From: a virus
Virus record (IMG/VR): IMGVR_UViG_3300020212_000062
Location: 1-45,052 of that record
Length of the DNA: 45,052 bases
Strand: one strand, 5' to 3'
Positions 32,861-40,674 of this stretch are shown here, piece after piece. A program made the position numbers and the translations under genes. Numbering within the stretch: the first letter of the stretch is position 1; the number at the start of each line of letters is the position of its first letter. Under the pieces are notes generated by a model. The model saw nothing but the letters and a program-made list of their open reading frames with translations, did not search any database and was not told the DNA's origin.

Positions 32861-33882
32861 AGCGGCACCGTGCGCTTGATGGCGCCCTCGCCCTTGCACA
32901 TGCGGCAGTCGATGTGCGCCGGCCCAGTTACGCCGCGCCCGTCGCAGCTCGGGCAGATGACCAGGCCGTGGTCGTCTTCGTCCTCCTCGGCCGCCGGCGG
33001 ATCCTCGGCGACTACCGCCGGGCCTGCAGGGCGATCGCCGGTGTAGCCGCCCGGCACGAACGATCGGGCGCCGCCCAGCAGGTTGGCCAGCCCGCCCTCC
33101 TGCAGCTCGGCCCGGGCAATGCGTGCCGCGGTAGGCTCCGGGTTCACGGTGACGGTGATCGTTTTGGATTCGACGTTCTCCGGTACCGGCGTGGCGAGCA
33201 TCTTCTGCACCAGCGGATGGCTGACCGGCAGGATTGCCTCGCCGCGGGTAAGCACGGGCTCTGCCAGCGCCTCGGGGGACAGCGTGACCATGCCCCCGGT
33301 GTGCCGCTGGGTGGCGTCCTCGATCACTTCCAGCACGCGCCCGTTTGCGTCCAGCACCACCATGCCCGTGTCGTCGTCATCTGCCGGCAGGATCACCCCG
33401 GCGCCGCCGGCCAGGCGGTCGAACGTCTCCAGCGTTTCCTGCAGCTCGGCCGGGCCCATCGGCCTGCAGGTGGCCACCGCGGCGCTGGCAGCCTGGACGG
33501 CGCCGCGGATGCACCGCTGGACCTCCAGCAGCGGCATGCGCTGCAGCAGCGCGCGCAGCAGCCGCTCATCGAGCTGGTGCTGCTCGGCCAGGTCCAGCAC
33601 GTCCTCGAGGATCTGCTGCCGGCGCTCCTCGCCCGTGCGCAGGTCCAGCTCGCCGCGCTGGCCAGCGTCCCAGGCCTGCAGCGCTCGCGTGCCAAGGTCG
33701 GTGATTCGCACCTTGATCCCGATCGCCGGCACCTGCTCGACCCATCCCAGCTGGCGCATGGCAGTGCATGCAGCACCGAAAGCGGCGCCGCGCGCCCTGC
33801 AGCCCACGCTGCCGGCGGCGTTCACCAGCTGCAGGAACTCGTGCCGGTTCTTCGTGTAGGTCGGCTTTGCGTCGCCCATCAT
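32857..33882 (-). CDS. Hypothetical 341-aa protein with a C-terminal DnaJ-type CxxCxGxG zinc finger
   Basis: ...ICPSCDGRGVTGPAHIDCRMCKGEGAIKR at the C-terminus. No other motif recognised. Confidence 0.6.
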   Translation of the reverse strand: MMGDAKPTYTKNRHEFLQLVNAAGSVGCRARGAAFGAACTAMRQLGWVEQVPAIGIKVRITDLGTRALQAWDAGQRGELDLRTGEERRQQILEDVLDLAEQHQLDERLLRALLQRMPLLEVQRCIRGAVQAASAAVATCRPMGPAELQETLETFDRLAGGAGVILPADDDDTGMVVLDANGRVLEVIEDATQRHTGGMVTLSPEALAEPVLTRGEAILPVSHPLVQKMLATPVPENVESKTITVTVNPEPTAARIARAELQEGGLANLLGGARSFVPGGYTGDRPAGPAVVAEDPPAAEEDEDDHGLVICPSCDGRGVTGPAHIDCRMCKGEGAIKRTVPL

Positions 33883-34100
33883 GGCTTTTGTCTCCGTTGC
33901 TCGATGTGGTGGGCGGCGGCCAGTGCGGCCGCCTCCGTTGGGTGGTACTGCCCGACCACGCCCTGGGTTGCCCCGGGGCCGGTCCAGTTGATGGCCAGGC
34001 CGCGATCGGTCGACCTGGTGCGGTAGGTGCGGCCGCCGGCCTGCAGGAGGGGCGGCGGATCCGCCGGCGCCGGCGCGGCGGCGAACAGGTCAGCCTGCAC
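33879..34100 (-). CDS. Hypothetical protein (73 aa)
   Basis: ATGA-type overlaps on both sides. MQADLFAAAPAPADPPPLLQAGGRTYRTRS... Confidence 0.45.
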   Translation of the reverse strand: MQADLFAAAPAPADPPPLLQAGGRTYRTRSTDRGLAINWTGPGATQGVVGQYHPTEAAALAAAHHIEQRRQKP

Positions 34101-34533
34101 GTTCTATCCCCTTCAGTCGCTCGACCAGCGCGGCCACTCGCCGATGCCCGTACACCATCTGCGGCGGCTGGCCGGATCCCTTCGTGAAAACCTGGGCCTT
34201 GCCGCCACTCGGCCACCAGTCCACCCGGGTGTCGTAGAACCACCGGCGGTAGTGGTACGGCGACAGCTGCTGCCAGCCGGTGGTGTCGGCCTTGGCCAGC
34301 ATCGCCGCCCGGTGTTCCTTGTTTTGCTGGGCCAGGGCACGGAACACCCAGGCTGCGCCGTCGTCATCGTCCTGGGCCGGCTTGGGCTTGGGCTTCGCCT
34401 GGGCCTGCGCCGCGGCCACCAGGTTGCCGGCATCGCGGCGCGTGATGTGGTGCAGGTCGCGCATGTGGTCCAGCACGCCCTGGCGGCTGTAGTAGCGCCC
34501 GCACCGCGGGCATGGAATGTCGCCGTTGCTCAT
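34090..34533 (-). CDS. Hypothetical 147-aa protein with an N-terminal C2H2-like zinc finger
   Basis: CPRCGRYYSRQGVLDHMRDLHH. Confidence 0.55.
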   Translation of the reverse strand: MSNGDIPCPRCGRYYSRQGVLDHMRDLHHITRRDAGNLVAAAQAQAKPKPKPAQDDDDGAAWVFRALAQQNKEHRAAMLAKADTTGWQQLSPYHYRRWFYDTRVDWWPSGGKAQVFTKGSGQPPQMVYGHRRVAALVERLKGIERAG

Positions 34534-35930
34534 CGCGGCGTGTCCTGGGTACTGGTGAAGCGCACGCCACCGGTGGGCACCTGCAGCTGCTGCAGCTTCT
34601 TACCGCGCCAGTCCGTGGTGGCCAACACCGACTGCCCCAGCTCCACGCTGCCGCCGGCGGCGTCGACCAACGCCCACGCCAGGCGCTGGGCATCGACCAG
34701 GCGGCGCCCGCTGTCCTCCAGCTGGGACTGCAGGGACACGATGCGGCCGCGCATCCCGCCGATGTTGGCGCGGGCGGTGGTGTGGTCCTTCGCCTGCAGC
34801 ACTGCCAGCAGGTCGTCGTAAAGGCTCGTTCCGCCGCCCATGCGCTGCAGCGCCTCGGTCGCCCATTCCGGCCACTCTGCCGGCGGCACGCGGCTGAAGT
34901 GCACCAGGCCGGCGCCGTCGTGGGTGTAGTACTCCGGGGCGAAGTAGTCGAAGGCGGGCGGCACCTTGGTGCCGGTCAGCAGCTCACACACGATTTCCTC
35001 TACCGACTTCAGCACCTGCTGGGCGTGGGTGACTTCGTGCTGCATGTTGGCCAGGCGCAGCCGGTCATCGTTGTTGCCCGGTACCAGGTGCCTGGCGCTC
35101 GACTCAATGCTGCCCAGGTTCAGGCGGATCACTTCCAGGCAGTGGCCCAGCCGGCGAGCGTTGACCGCGATCGGCAGCGTGTCGGCGACGTGGTACAGGC
35201 CGCGTTCCTGGCTGGCGCGGGCGCGCTGCAGGGCGGCGATGATGGCCACCTGCAGTTCGGCGCGCTTGCGCGGTTCGTTCTCCGAAGTGAACTGCGTGGC
35301 CACCTGCAGGGCTGCGGTGTCGTCGTCGCTGTCGGCAATGAACTGGCGCTCGCTGTCGCCGGCGTTGACGAACGCGCGGCCCGTGGCCACGGCGCTGGCG
35401 CCGGCCATGAACCACCGCCGCTGCTCGGCCGTCTTCGGGCTCGGCAGCTGGCCGTCGACCGCCTTGGGAATGCGCCGATCGATCACGTCCAGCACCGAGT
35501 TACGCATCACGACGTCGTGCCCATCGAACTGGCCGACGACGCCGACAACGCCGACCGCGCGGCGCAGCTCCTCGCCGTCGAGGATTGCCTGCGGCGGCCA
35601 TGCAGTCAGCGCGCGCACCGCGCTGAAAATCTGCTCGGGGTCGGTGAACGTGGCGAAGCCCAGCAGCTTGGCCAGCTGCGACCAGTCTTCGCGCATGTCC
35701 TCCATTTGCTCCAGGCAGGCCTGGGTCGTGGCGGGGTGCCAATCGCTGCTGCGCTGCCACCAGGCGTTCGTACCGGGACAGGCCTGCAGGCCGATGCCGG
35801 ACAGGTCCAGCAGCCCGTCGTCGCCGATCGCGTGGACGTAGTCGGCCTCCTGCAGGCGGCGCAGGATCGCGGCGTGCATGGCCGCGGGGATTTCCATCGT
35901 GGCGATGGTGTGGGTGTGGGTATTAGACAT
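34530..35930 (-). CDS. Hypothetical 466-aa early protein
   Basis: ATG at 35930 (MSNTHTHTIATMEIPAAMH...) gives an 8-nt overlap with the upstream gene. No motif recognised. Confidence 0.6.
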   Translation of the reverse strand: MSNTHTHTIATMEIPAAMHAAILRRLQEADYVHAIGDDGLLDLSGIGLQACPGTNAWWQRSSDWHPATTQACLEQMEDMREDWSQLAKLLGFATFTDPEQIFSAVRALTAWPPQAILDGEELRRAVGVVGVVGQFDGHDVVMRNSVLDVIDRRIPKAVDGQLPSPKTAEQRRWFMAGASAVATGRAFVNAGDSERQFIADSDDDTAALQVATQFTSENEPRKRAELQVAIIAALQRARASQERGLYHVADTLPIAVNARRLGHCLEVIRLNLGSIESSARHLVPGNNDDRLRLANMQHEVTHAQQVLKSVEEIVCELLTGTKVPPAFDYFAPEYYTHDGAGLVHFSRVPPAEWPEWATEALQRMGGGTSLYDDLLAVLQAKDHTTARANIGGMRGRIVSLQSQLEDSGRRLVDAQRLAWALVDAAGGSVELGQSVLATTDWRGKKLQQLQVPTGGVRFTSTQDTPR

Positions 35931-36339
35931 GGCGGGAAAGCTCCAGTAGCAGATGGTTGATGTGGCGGTGCGCGTCGACCAGGTAGCGGTCGCGGGCGTG
36001 GTCGGGAAGGTCGGCCCAACGGCGGCCGTCCTCGGTTGCAATCGACTTGGCCACCCGCTCGGCGATCGCCTGGTGGATCGCCGGCGGGGTTTCCACCAGC
36101 TGCGCGTCCTGCATGCGCAGCCTGGCGGTGGCCACCCTGTGCCAGGTGTCGACGGTGTGGCGTGCCCTGGCCATCGCCAGCATGGTCATGTCGGTGCTGC
36201 CCAGCTCGCCCAGCCTCACGCGGTTGCCGCCGGTGGTCAGCAGCGTGCGCGGCACGTCGTCGGCCAGGTTCAGTGTGAGTTGAGCCACCGGCAGCGGCAC
36301 CAGGCGCGGCCGCAGGTAGTCGAGCGGGGAAGTAGACAT
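35923..36339 (-). CDS. Hypothetical protein (138 aa)
   Basis: GGAG lies 6 nt before the ATG at 36339. Confidence 0.55.
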   Translation of the reverse strand: MSTSPLDYLRPRLVPLPVAQLTLNLADDVPRTLLTTGGNRVRLGELGSTDMTMLAMARARHTVDTWHRVATARLRMQDAQLVETPPAIHQAIAERVAKSIATEDGRRWADLPDHARDRYLVDAHRHINHLLLELSRHV

Positions 36340-36368
36340 AGGGGCTCCAGGGCGATGGCGCTGCAGGC

Positions 36369-36704
36369 TCAGGCCTGCGGGGTTTCGTCAATCTTCGTGT
36401 AGGGGAACAGGGCCTCGTTGGCCTTGATCTGCTTGATGAAGAAGCTACCCACCGACTCGGCGGCGCAGAACTCGGCGAACTGGTCGGCGTTGAAGTTGGC
36501 GTAGTGGTACAGCGAGCCGGGCTTGTCATCCCAGCCCGGGAAGCGGATGGCCAGGGTGTTGGTGGCGGGGTCGTGGCCGATGGCCTGGACCTGGCTGGAC
36601 ACGACGGGCTCCAGGCGGATCTGCGGCACCTCGCTGATGTGCTTGGTAGGCACGATCTTGCGCGGCTTGGCGGGCAGCTTCGGGGTGGTCAGCTTACGGG
36701 GCAT
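36369..36704 (-). CDS. KTSC domain protein
   Basis: SSQVQAIGHDPATNTLAIRFPG...GSLYHYANFNADQFAEFCAAESVGSFFIKQIK matches the KTSC pattern. Confidence 0.65.
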   Translation of the reverse strand: MPRKLTTPKLPAKPRKIVPTKHISEVPQIRLEPVVSSQVQAIGHDPATNTLAIRFPGWDDKPGSLYHYANFNADQFAEFCAAESVGSFFIKQIKANEALFPYTKIDETPQA

Positions 36705-36951
36705 GGTGGTGGTCCTCGTTGAGTGGCACGTCATGGAAACAGCGGGGGCAGCGGTTGCCGGGGTTGTAGGCCGCGGGCCGGTACCAGGTGGGGCGCGCTC
36801 TACCGCGGGGCCTGGGTGTCCAGCCGCAGCGCGCGGTGTAGCTGGCCAGGTGCTTGCCTTCGTCATCGGTGGGCAGCAGGTGGACGATGTACGCCCGAGC
36901 TGCACGCGCCACCATGAAGCCGGCGGGGGTCTTTTCTTCTTCAGGGGTCAT
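36694..36951 (-). CDS. Hypothetical 85-aa protein with a Cys pair ...CGW...CPRC
   Basis: MTPEEEKTPAGFMVARAARAYIVHLLPTDDEGKHL... Confidence 0.5.
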   Translation of the reverse strand: MTPEEEKTPAGFMVARAARAYIVHLLPTDDEGKHLASYTARCGWTPRPRGRARPTWYRPAAYNPGNRCPRCFHDVPLNEDHHHAP

Positions 36952-37162
36952 GGGTCACCTGTCGGGCAAAGTGCAGCGCGCGGTAACACTCGACCTGGGC
37001 GCAGACGGCGTGCTGCAGCACCGACGTGCCCAGGGTGAACTGCGCGGCCACCAGGCGATTCACGGCGGCCAGCGCTTCCTCTGCCAGGCGGATCTGCTCG
37101 GCCGCCGGCAGCTGCTGGTCGGCGAACAGGTCATCGTCCTGGAAGTCGTCGCCGGCGTTCAC
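36941..37162 (-). CDS. Hypothetical acidic 73-aa protein
   Basis: GTG at 37162 forms a GTGA overlap with the rusA stop. Confidence 0.45.
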   Translation of the reverse strand: MNAGDDFQDDDLFADQQLPAAEQIRLAEEALAAVNRLVAAQFTLGTSVLQHAVCAQVECYRALHFARQVTHDP

Positions 37163-37761
37163 CGGCCCACCAGGCGCATGGTGCGCATGCGCGTACCCAG
37201 CCCCAGGTGATTCATGCGGATGGATGGCGTGGGGTAGTTGGCCAGGAAGTCGACGGCCTCGGCGCGCGTGGCGGTGCAGCTCACGCCGGCGCGGCGGTAC
37301 CCGTGCACCACGATGCACTCCTGCTCAGTGGTGAATGCCTTGTCGGTGATGCAGCCGACCACCTGGCCGTCATCCTTGAACAGCACGCCGTTGCAGGCGT
37401 CTTCGATGGCCTTTACCAGGTTGCTGCAGTCCGGCTTTTTCGTGTGGTGCAGCAGGCCCTCGGCGGCCAGGTCGCGCTGCCACTTCGTGTAGCTGGACGG
37501 GATCTTGAAACGGAACTGCACCAGCAGGTCTACAGGGCACGTCAGCAGCTCGCCGCGCGCTGCCTGCTGGGCGTAGTCGCGCACCAGCGCCTCAAAATTG
37601 CGGGTTGTCTCCGGGGTGTACGTGTCGATGATGGGCTGGCCGCGGCCGTCCAGGATCGGTTTACCACCCTTGGCACGCTTGATCGTGGAGCGTGCGCGGC
37701 CCTTGGCCACGGGCGTGTGGGGGATGATGAAGTGGAACAGCAGGGCGGGCTGGTCGGGCAT
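37159..37761 (-). CDS. rusA: RusA-family Holliday junction resolvase with a C-terminal extension
   Basis: ...PHTPVAKGRARS... and KKPDCSNLVKAIEDACNGVLFKDDGQVV (RusA motif KPDxDNLxKxxxDxLxGxxxxDDxQI). Confidence 0.75.
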   Translation of the reverse strand: MPDQPALLFHFIIPHTPVAKGRARSTIKRAKGGKPILDGRGQPIIDTYTPETTRNFEALVRDYAQQAARGELLTCPVDLLVQFRFKIPSSYTKWQRDLAAEGLLHHTKKPDCSNLVKAIEDACNGVLFKDDGQVVGCITDKAFTTEQECIVVHGYRRAGVSCTATRAEAVDFLANYPTPSIRMNHLGLGTRMRTMRLVGR

Positions 37762-37781
37762 GGGCGATTGCTCCAGTGGGG

Positions 37782-38648
37782 TTACTTCAGCAGGGCAAAC
37801 GCTTCGGCGAAGCGCTTGCGGTTCTCATCGGGCGATAGGGGGCTGGACGGGGTAAACGCTGCGATCACTTCAGCGGCCGGCGGCTGTCGGCCTTGCTGGG
37901 TTTCTACGGGCGGCCCCGGGGTACCGGGGTAGCGCGGGCGGTACGGCTCGGGCTTGCCGGCGGCCTTGGCCGCCATCGCGTCGCGCTGCTGCTTTTTCTC
38001 GGCCTGGGTGCGGACGTGCCAGCAGAAAACCGAATCCCAATCCTTGGCATCGCCGCGCTTGGTCCAGTAGGTGCGGAACTCGGGCAGCAGGCTGGCCGCG
38101 AACTCAGGATTGAACCCGGCAATGCGCAGCTCGTTTTGGCATTGGTCGCTCGGAAGCCAGCCCATCGGCATGGGCTTTTCGGTGTTATCCACACCCCCCT
38201 GTAGTTGTAGAGTCTCTGAATCTAAAACCTCTTTAATAGTGACCCTACCCACAATGGGTAGGGTACCCACCCCATCCTGGGTAGGGGCCCTACCCACATT
38301 GGGGCGCCCCATTTTGGGTAGGGGGTTGTCCAGCACCGCGGTGATCGCTTCGTATTCCAGGCGGTACCGGTTCGGCTGGCCAGACTGTTCCTTGATGGTC
38401 AGCAGGCCCGCGTCGCGGAGCTTGTAAACAGCGCGAAACAGGGTGTTTTTGCTCAGGAATGGGAACGTGTGCTGCAGGTCGGCATTGCCCATTTCCACCC
38501 AGCGTTCACCGCCGCGGCCAGGCCGCCGGCAGTTGGCCAGGAAATGCAGCTGCTGCAACACCATTGCCTCATTCAGCCCGACAGCCACCGCCAGGCTGGG
38601 CAGTACCAGCAATGGCGGCTCGGGGATCAGGGCACGGCTGCTGCTCAC
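37782..38648 (-). CDS. Replication initiator / replisome organiser (N-terminal winged-helix O/DnaD-like, C-terminal DnaT-like domain)
   Basis: GTGA overlap start at 38648. N-terminus ...LPSLAVAVGLNEAMVLQQLHFL...FPFLSKNTLFRAVYKLRDAGLL. C-terminus WLPSDQCQNELRIAGFNPEFAASLLPEFRTYWTKRGDAKDWDSVFCWHV is the DnaT_2 pattern. Contains iterons. Confidence 0.7.
   Translation of the reverse strand: MSSSRALIPEPPLLVLPSLAVAVGLNEAMVLQQLHFLANCRRPGRGGERWVEMGNADLQHTFPFLSKNTLFRAVYKLRDAGLLTIKEQSGQPNRYRLEYEAITAVLDNPLPKMGRPNVGRAPTQDGVGTLPIVGRVTIKEVLDSETLQLQGGVDNTEKPMPMGWLPSDQCQNELRIAGFNPEFAASLLPEFRTYWTKRGDAKDWDSVFCWHVRTQAEKKQQRDAMAAKAAGKPEPYRPRYPGTPGPPVETQQGRQPPAAEVIAAFTPSSPLSPDENRKRFAEAFALLK
38201..38325. repeat. 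Putative origin of replication: an A/T-rich tract plus 9-10-mer iterons inside the initiator gene
   Basis: A/T-rich tract at 38201-38242 (gtagttgtagagtctctgaatctaaaacctctttaatagtga). CCCTACCCAC at 38243 and 38288. TGGGTAGGG at 38255, 38278 and 38315. GGTACCCAC at 38262. Confidence 0.6.
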
Positions 38649-38950
38649 TCCTGCGGCGCTCCTTCGGGGGTGTAACCCAGCTCTTTGCAGGTCAGGCCGC
38701 CATACACGGACGGCAGGATTTCCTGCAGGGTGACGACGCCGCCGCACAGCTTCACCAGCTTGCGGGCCTGCTCGGGCTTCGGGTGGCTGTTGGTGTTCTT
38801 CCACCAGCGGCTCACGCTTTCGTGATTCTGCAGGCCGACGCCCTGGGCCACCTTGGTGACGCCGCCGGCAGAACGGATGGCGACATAGCGAGCGCGCAGG
38901 ACAGGGTCCAGGGGCAGCTCGGGGTTGGTGGTGTCGTGTTCGTTGCTCAT
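38645..38950 (-). CDS. Cro/YdaS-like HTH early regulator
   Basis: ATG at 38950 (MSNEHDTTNPELPL...). AGGVTKVAQGVGLQNHESVSRWWK...KLCGGVVTLQEILP fits the YdaS/Cro-like pattern. It is the first gene of the leftward early operon. Confidence 0.55.
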   Translation of the reverse strand: MSNEHDTTNPELPLDPVLRARYVAIRSAGGVTKVAQGVGLQNHESVSRWWKNTNSHPKPEQARKLVKLCGGVVTLQEILPSVYGGLTCKELGYTPEGAPQE

Positions 38951-39063
38951 GGGGTGAAACGCTCCGGGTTGTGGGTGCCGGTGGACTGTATCAGGACGAT
39001 GCACGGATTAGCAACATGCCACACGATTGTCGCAGTCGGTTTATGGGCTGCGCTGCATGGGTG

Positions 39064-39092
39064 TTGCATTCCGCTACTTTGCGCATCATCAT
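39064..39092 (+). promoter_or_regulatory. Sigma70-like promoter of the plus-strand recombination operon (TTGCAT-17 nt-CATCAT)
   Basis: TTGCAT at 39064-39069 and catcatcat at 39084-39092, 48 nt before the erf ATG. Shares tgTTGCAT...CTACT... with the cassette promoter at 17731. Confidence 0.4.
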
Positions 39093-39139
39093 GTGCCGGC
39101 GCCAGCAATCCCGCTGGCCAGCACTGGAGATTCCCACCC

Positions 39140-40042
39140 ATGAACGATGAAACCCCGCAGCAGCTGCCGCCGATCAGGTGCAGCACCACGTTTGCCCAGG
39201 TGGCCACCGCCCTGGCCAAAGCCCAGGGCGCATTCCCGCCGATCCCCCGCGATCGCACGGTAACCGTCGATATCAAAGACAGGGAAACCCGCCGGATCGT
39301 CGGTAACTACAGCTACAAATACGCCCCGCTGGAAACGATCATCGAGAAAACCCGGCCGGCGCTGTCGGAGGCGCAGCTGGCCACGCTGCAAAGCCCCGAG
39401 CTGGTGCCGGTCGACGGCAAGATGGTGGAAGTGGTCCGCACGGTCCTGGTGCACTCCAGCGGCGAATGGATGGCGGTGGATATCCCGTTGTTCTTCAGCC
39501 GCGGCCAGAATGCCGCGCAGGACTACGGCAGCTCGCTGACCTACGCCCGCCGCTACGGCATGACCCTGATTCTGTGCGTGGCTGCAGACGACGACGACGA
39601 CGCCAAGCACCTGGAAGGATCGGAGCGCCCGGGGCATACCGGCAGCGGCCGCGGTAGCTCGGATGTGGCAATGCCGGCGCGCCGCAGCCAGCAGCCTGGG
39701 CATGACGAACTCGACCAGGCCATGCGCGAGCTGCAGACACAGCTGGACCAGCGCCGCGCACCGATCACCAGCGCCGCACCGGAAGACGCCGAGCCCAGCG
39801 CGCTGCCGCCGCGCCAGGACGCCCCGGCGGATCCGGCGGTGGACGTGGCCACCGGTGAGTGCACCAGCCCGTGGGGCTCGGATCTGACAGACGGCCAGCT
39901 GTCGATGGCCAAGCAACGCGCCAAGGTTGCCGGCATGTCGGACCCGGCGGTGTTTGAGGCGTTCGGCATCATCACCCAGGCCAATATCCGCGAGTCGCTG
40001 GCGGGCCTGAAGCAACGCGCCGACGCGGCGCTGGGCGTCTGA
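39140..40042 (+). CDS. erf: ERF-family single-strand annealing recombinase
   Basis: ...YSYKYAPLETIIEKTRPALSEAQL... and ...AQDYGSSLTYARRYGMTLILCV... are ERF signatures. ATG at 39140. Confidence 0.8.
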   Translation: MNDETPQQLPPIRCSTTFAQVATALAKAQGAFPPIPRDRTVTVDIKDRETRRIVGNYSYKYAPLETIIEKTRPALSEAQLATLQSPELVPVDGKMVEVVRTVLVHSSGEWMAVDIPLFFSRGQNAAQDYGSSLTYARRYGMTLILCVAADDDDDAKHLEGSERPGHTGSGRGSSDVAMPARRSQQPGHDELDQAMRELQTQLDQRRAPITSAAPEDAEPSALPPRQDAPADPAVDVATGECTSPWGSDLTDGQLSMAKQRAKVAGMSDPAVFEAFGIITQANIRESLAGLKQRADAALGV

Positions 40043-40044
40043 CC

Positions 40045-40674
40045 ATGCGCGGCTTGACCTTCGATGAAGCCCGGCATGAGTACCGCCTGGACGGCGTCAA
40101 GCTGCCAGGCGTCACCACGGTGCTGAAGCCGATCAGCTCGGCCCACTACGCCGGCGTGGATCCCGACGTGATGGCGCGCGCCGCAGCGCTTGGCCAGGCC
40201 GTGCACAAGGTGATCGAGCTGGACCTGCAGCAGGATCTGGACACGGACAGCCTCGACCCCGAGCTGGTGCCCTACTACCGCGGCTGGCGCATGTTCCTGC
40301 GCCAGTCCGGTTTCCAGGCGTACCTGTCGGAAAAGAAGCTGGCCAGCGTCCAGGGCCGCTACGCCGGCACGCTCGACCTCATGGGCGTGCTGAACGGCCT
40401 GCCGTCGCTCATCGATGCCAAGCGCGTGGCCGTGGTGACTCCCAGCACCGGCCCGCAGACGTTCGCCTATGGCCAGCTGGTCCGGGAAAACTGCCCCGAG
40501 CTGCTGGGCCCCACCACCCCGCTGCGGCGCTACGCCCTGCAGCTGAAGAAAGCTGTTCCCAACGCCGTTACTGCCGACTGGCAGCTGCTCCCCTTCACCA
40601 ACGATTCGCGCGACCGCCTTGTGTGGCAGTCGTGCCTCAACATTGCCCATTACCTCCAGGAATCCAAAGCATGA
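40045..40674 (+). CDS. PD-(D/E)XK family exonuclease
   Basis: HEYRLDGVKLPGVTTVLKP... and GTLDLMG...SLIDAKR (D...D-x-K). Confidence 0.65.
   Translation: MRGLTFDEARHEYRLDGVKLPGVTTVLKPISSAHYAGVDPDVMARAAALGQAVHKVIELDLQQDLDTDSLDPELVPYYRGWRMFLRQSGFQAYLSEKKLASVQGRYAGTLDLMGVLNGLPSLIDAKRVAVVTPSTGPQTFAYGQLVRENCPELLGPTTPLRRYALQLKKAVPNAVTADWQLLPFTNDSRDRLVWQSCLNIAHYLQESKA

Noticed and set aside
38243-38325. The short repeated 9-10-mers as a possible CRISPR-like or mini-satellite array
   Set aside because: The repeats are only 9-10 bp, occur in both orientations with irregular spacing, lie inside a replication initiator gene and adjoin an A/T-rich tract. That is the classic iteron-origin arrangement.
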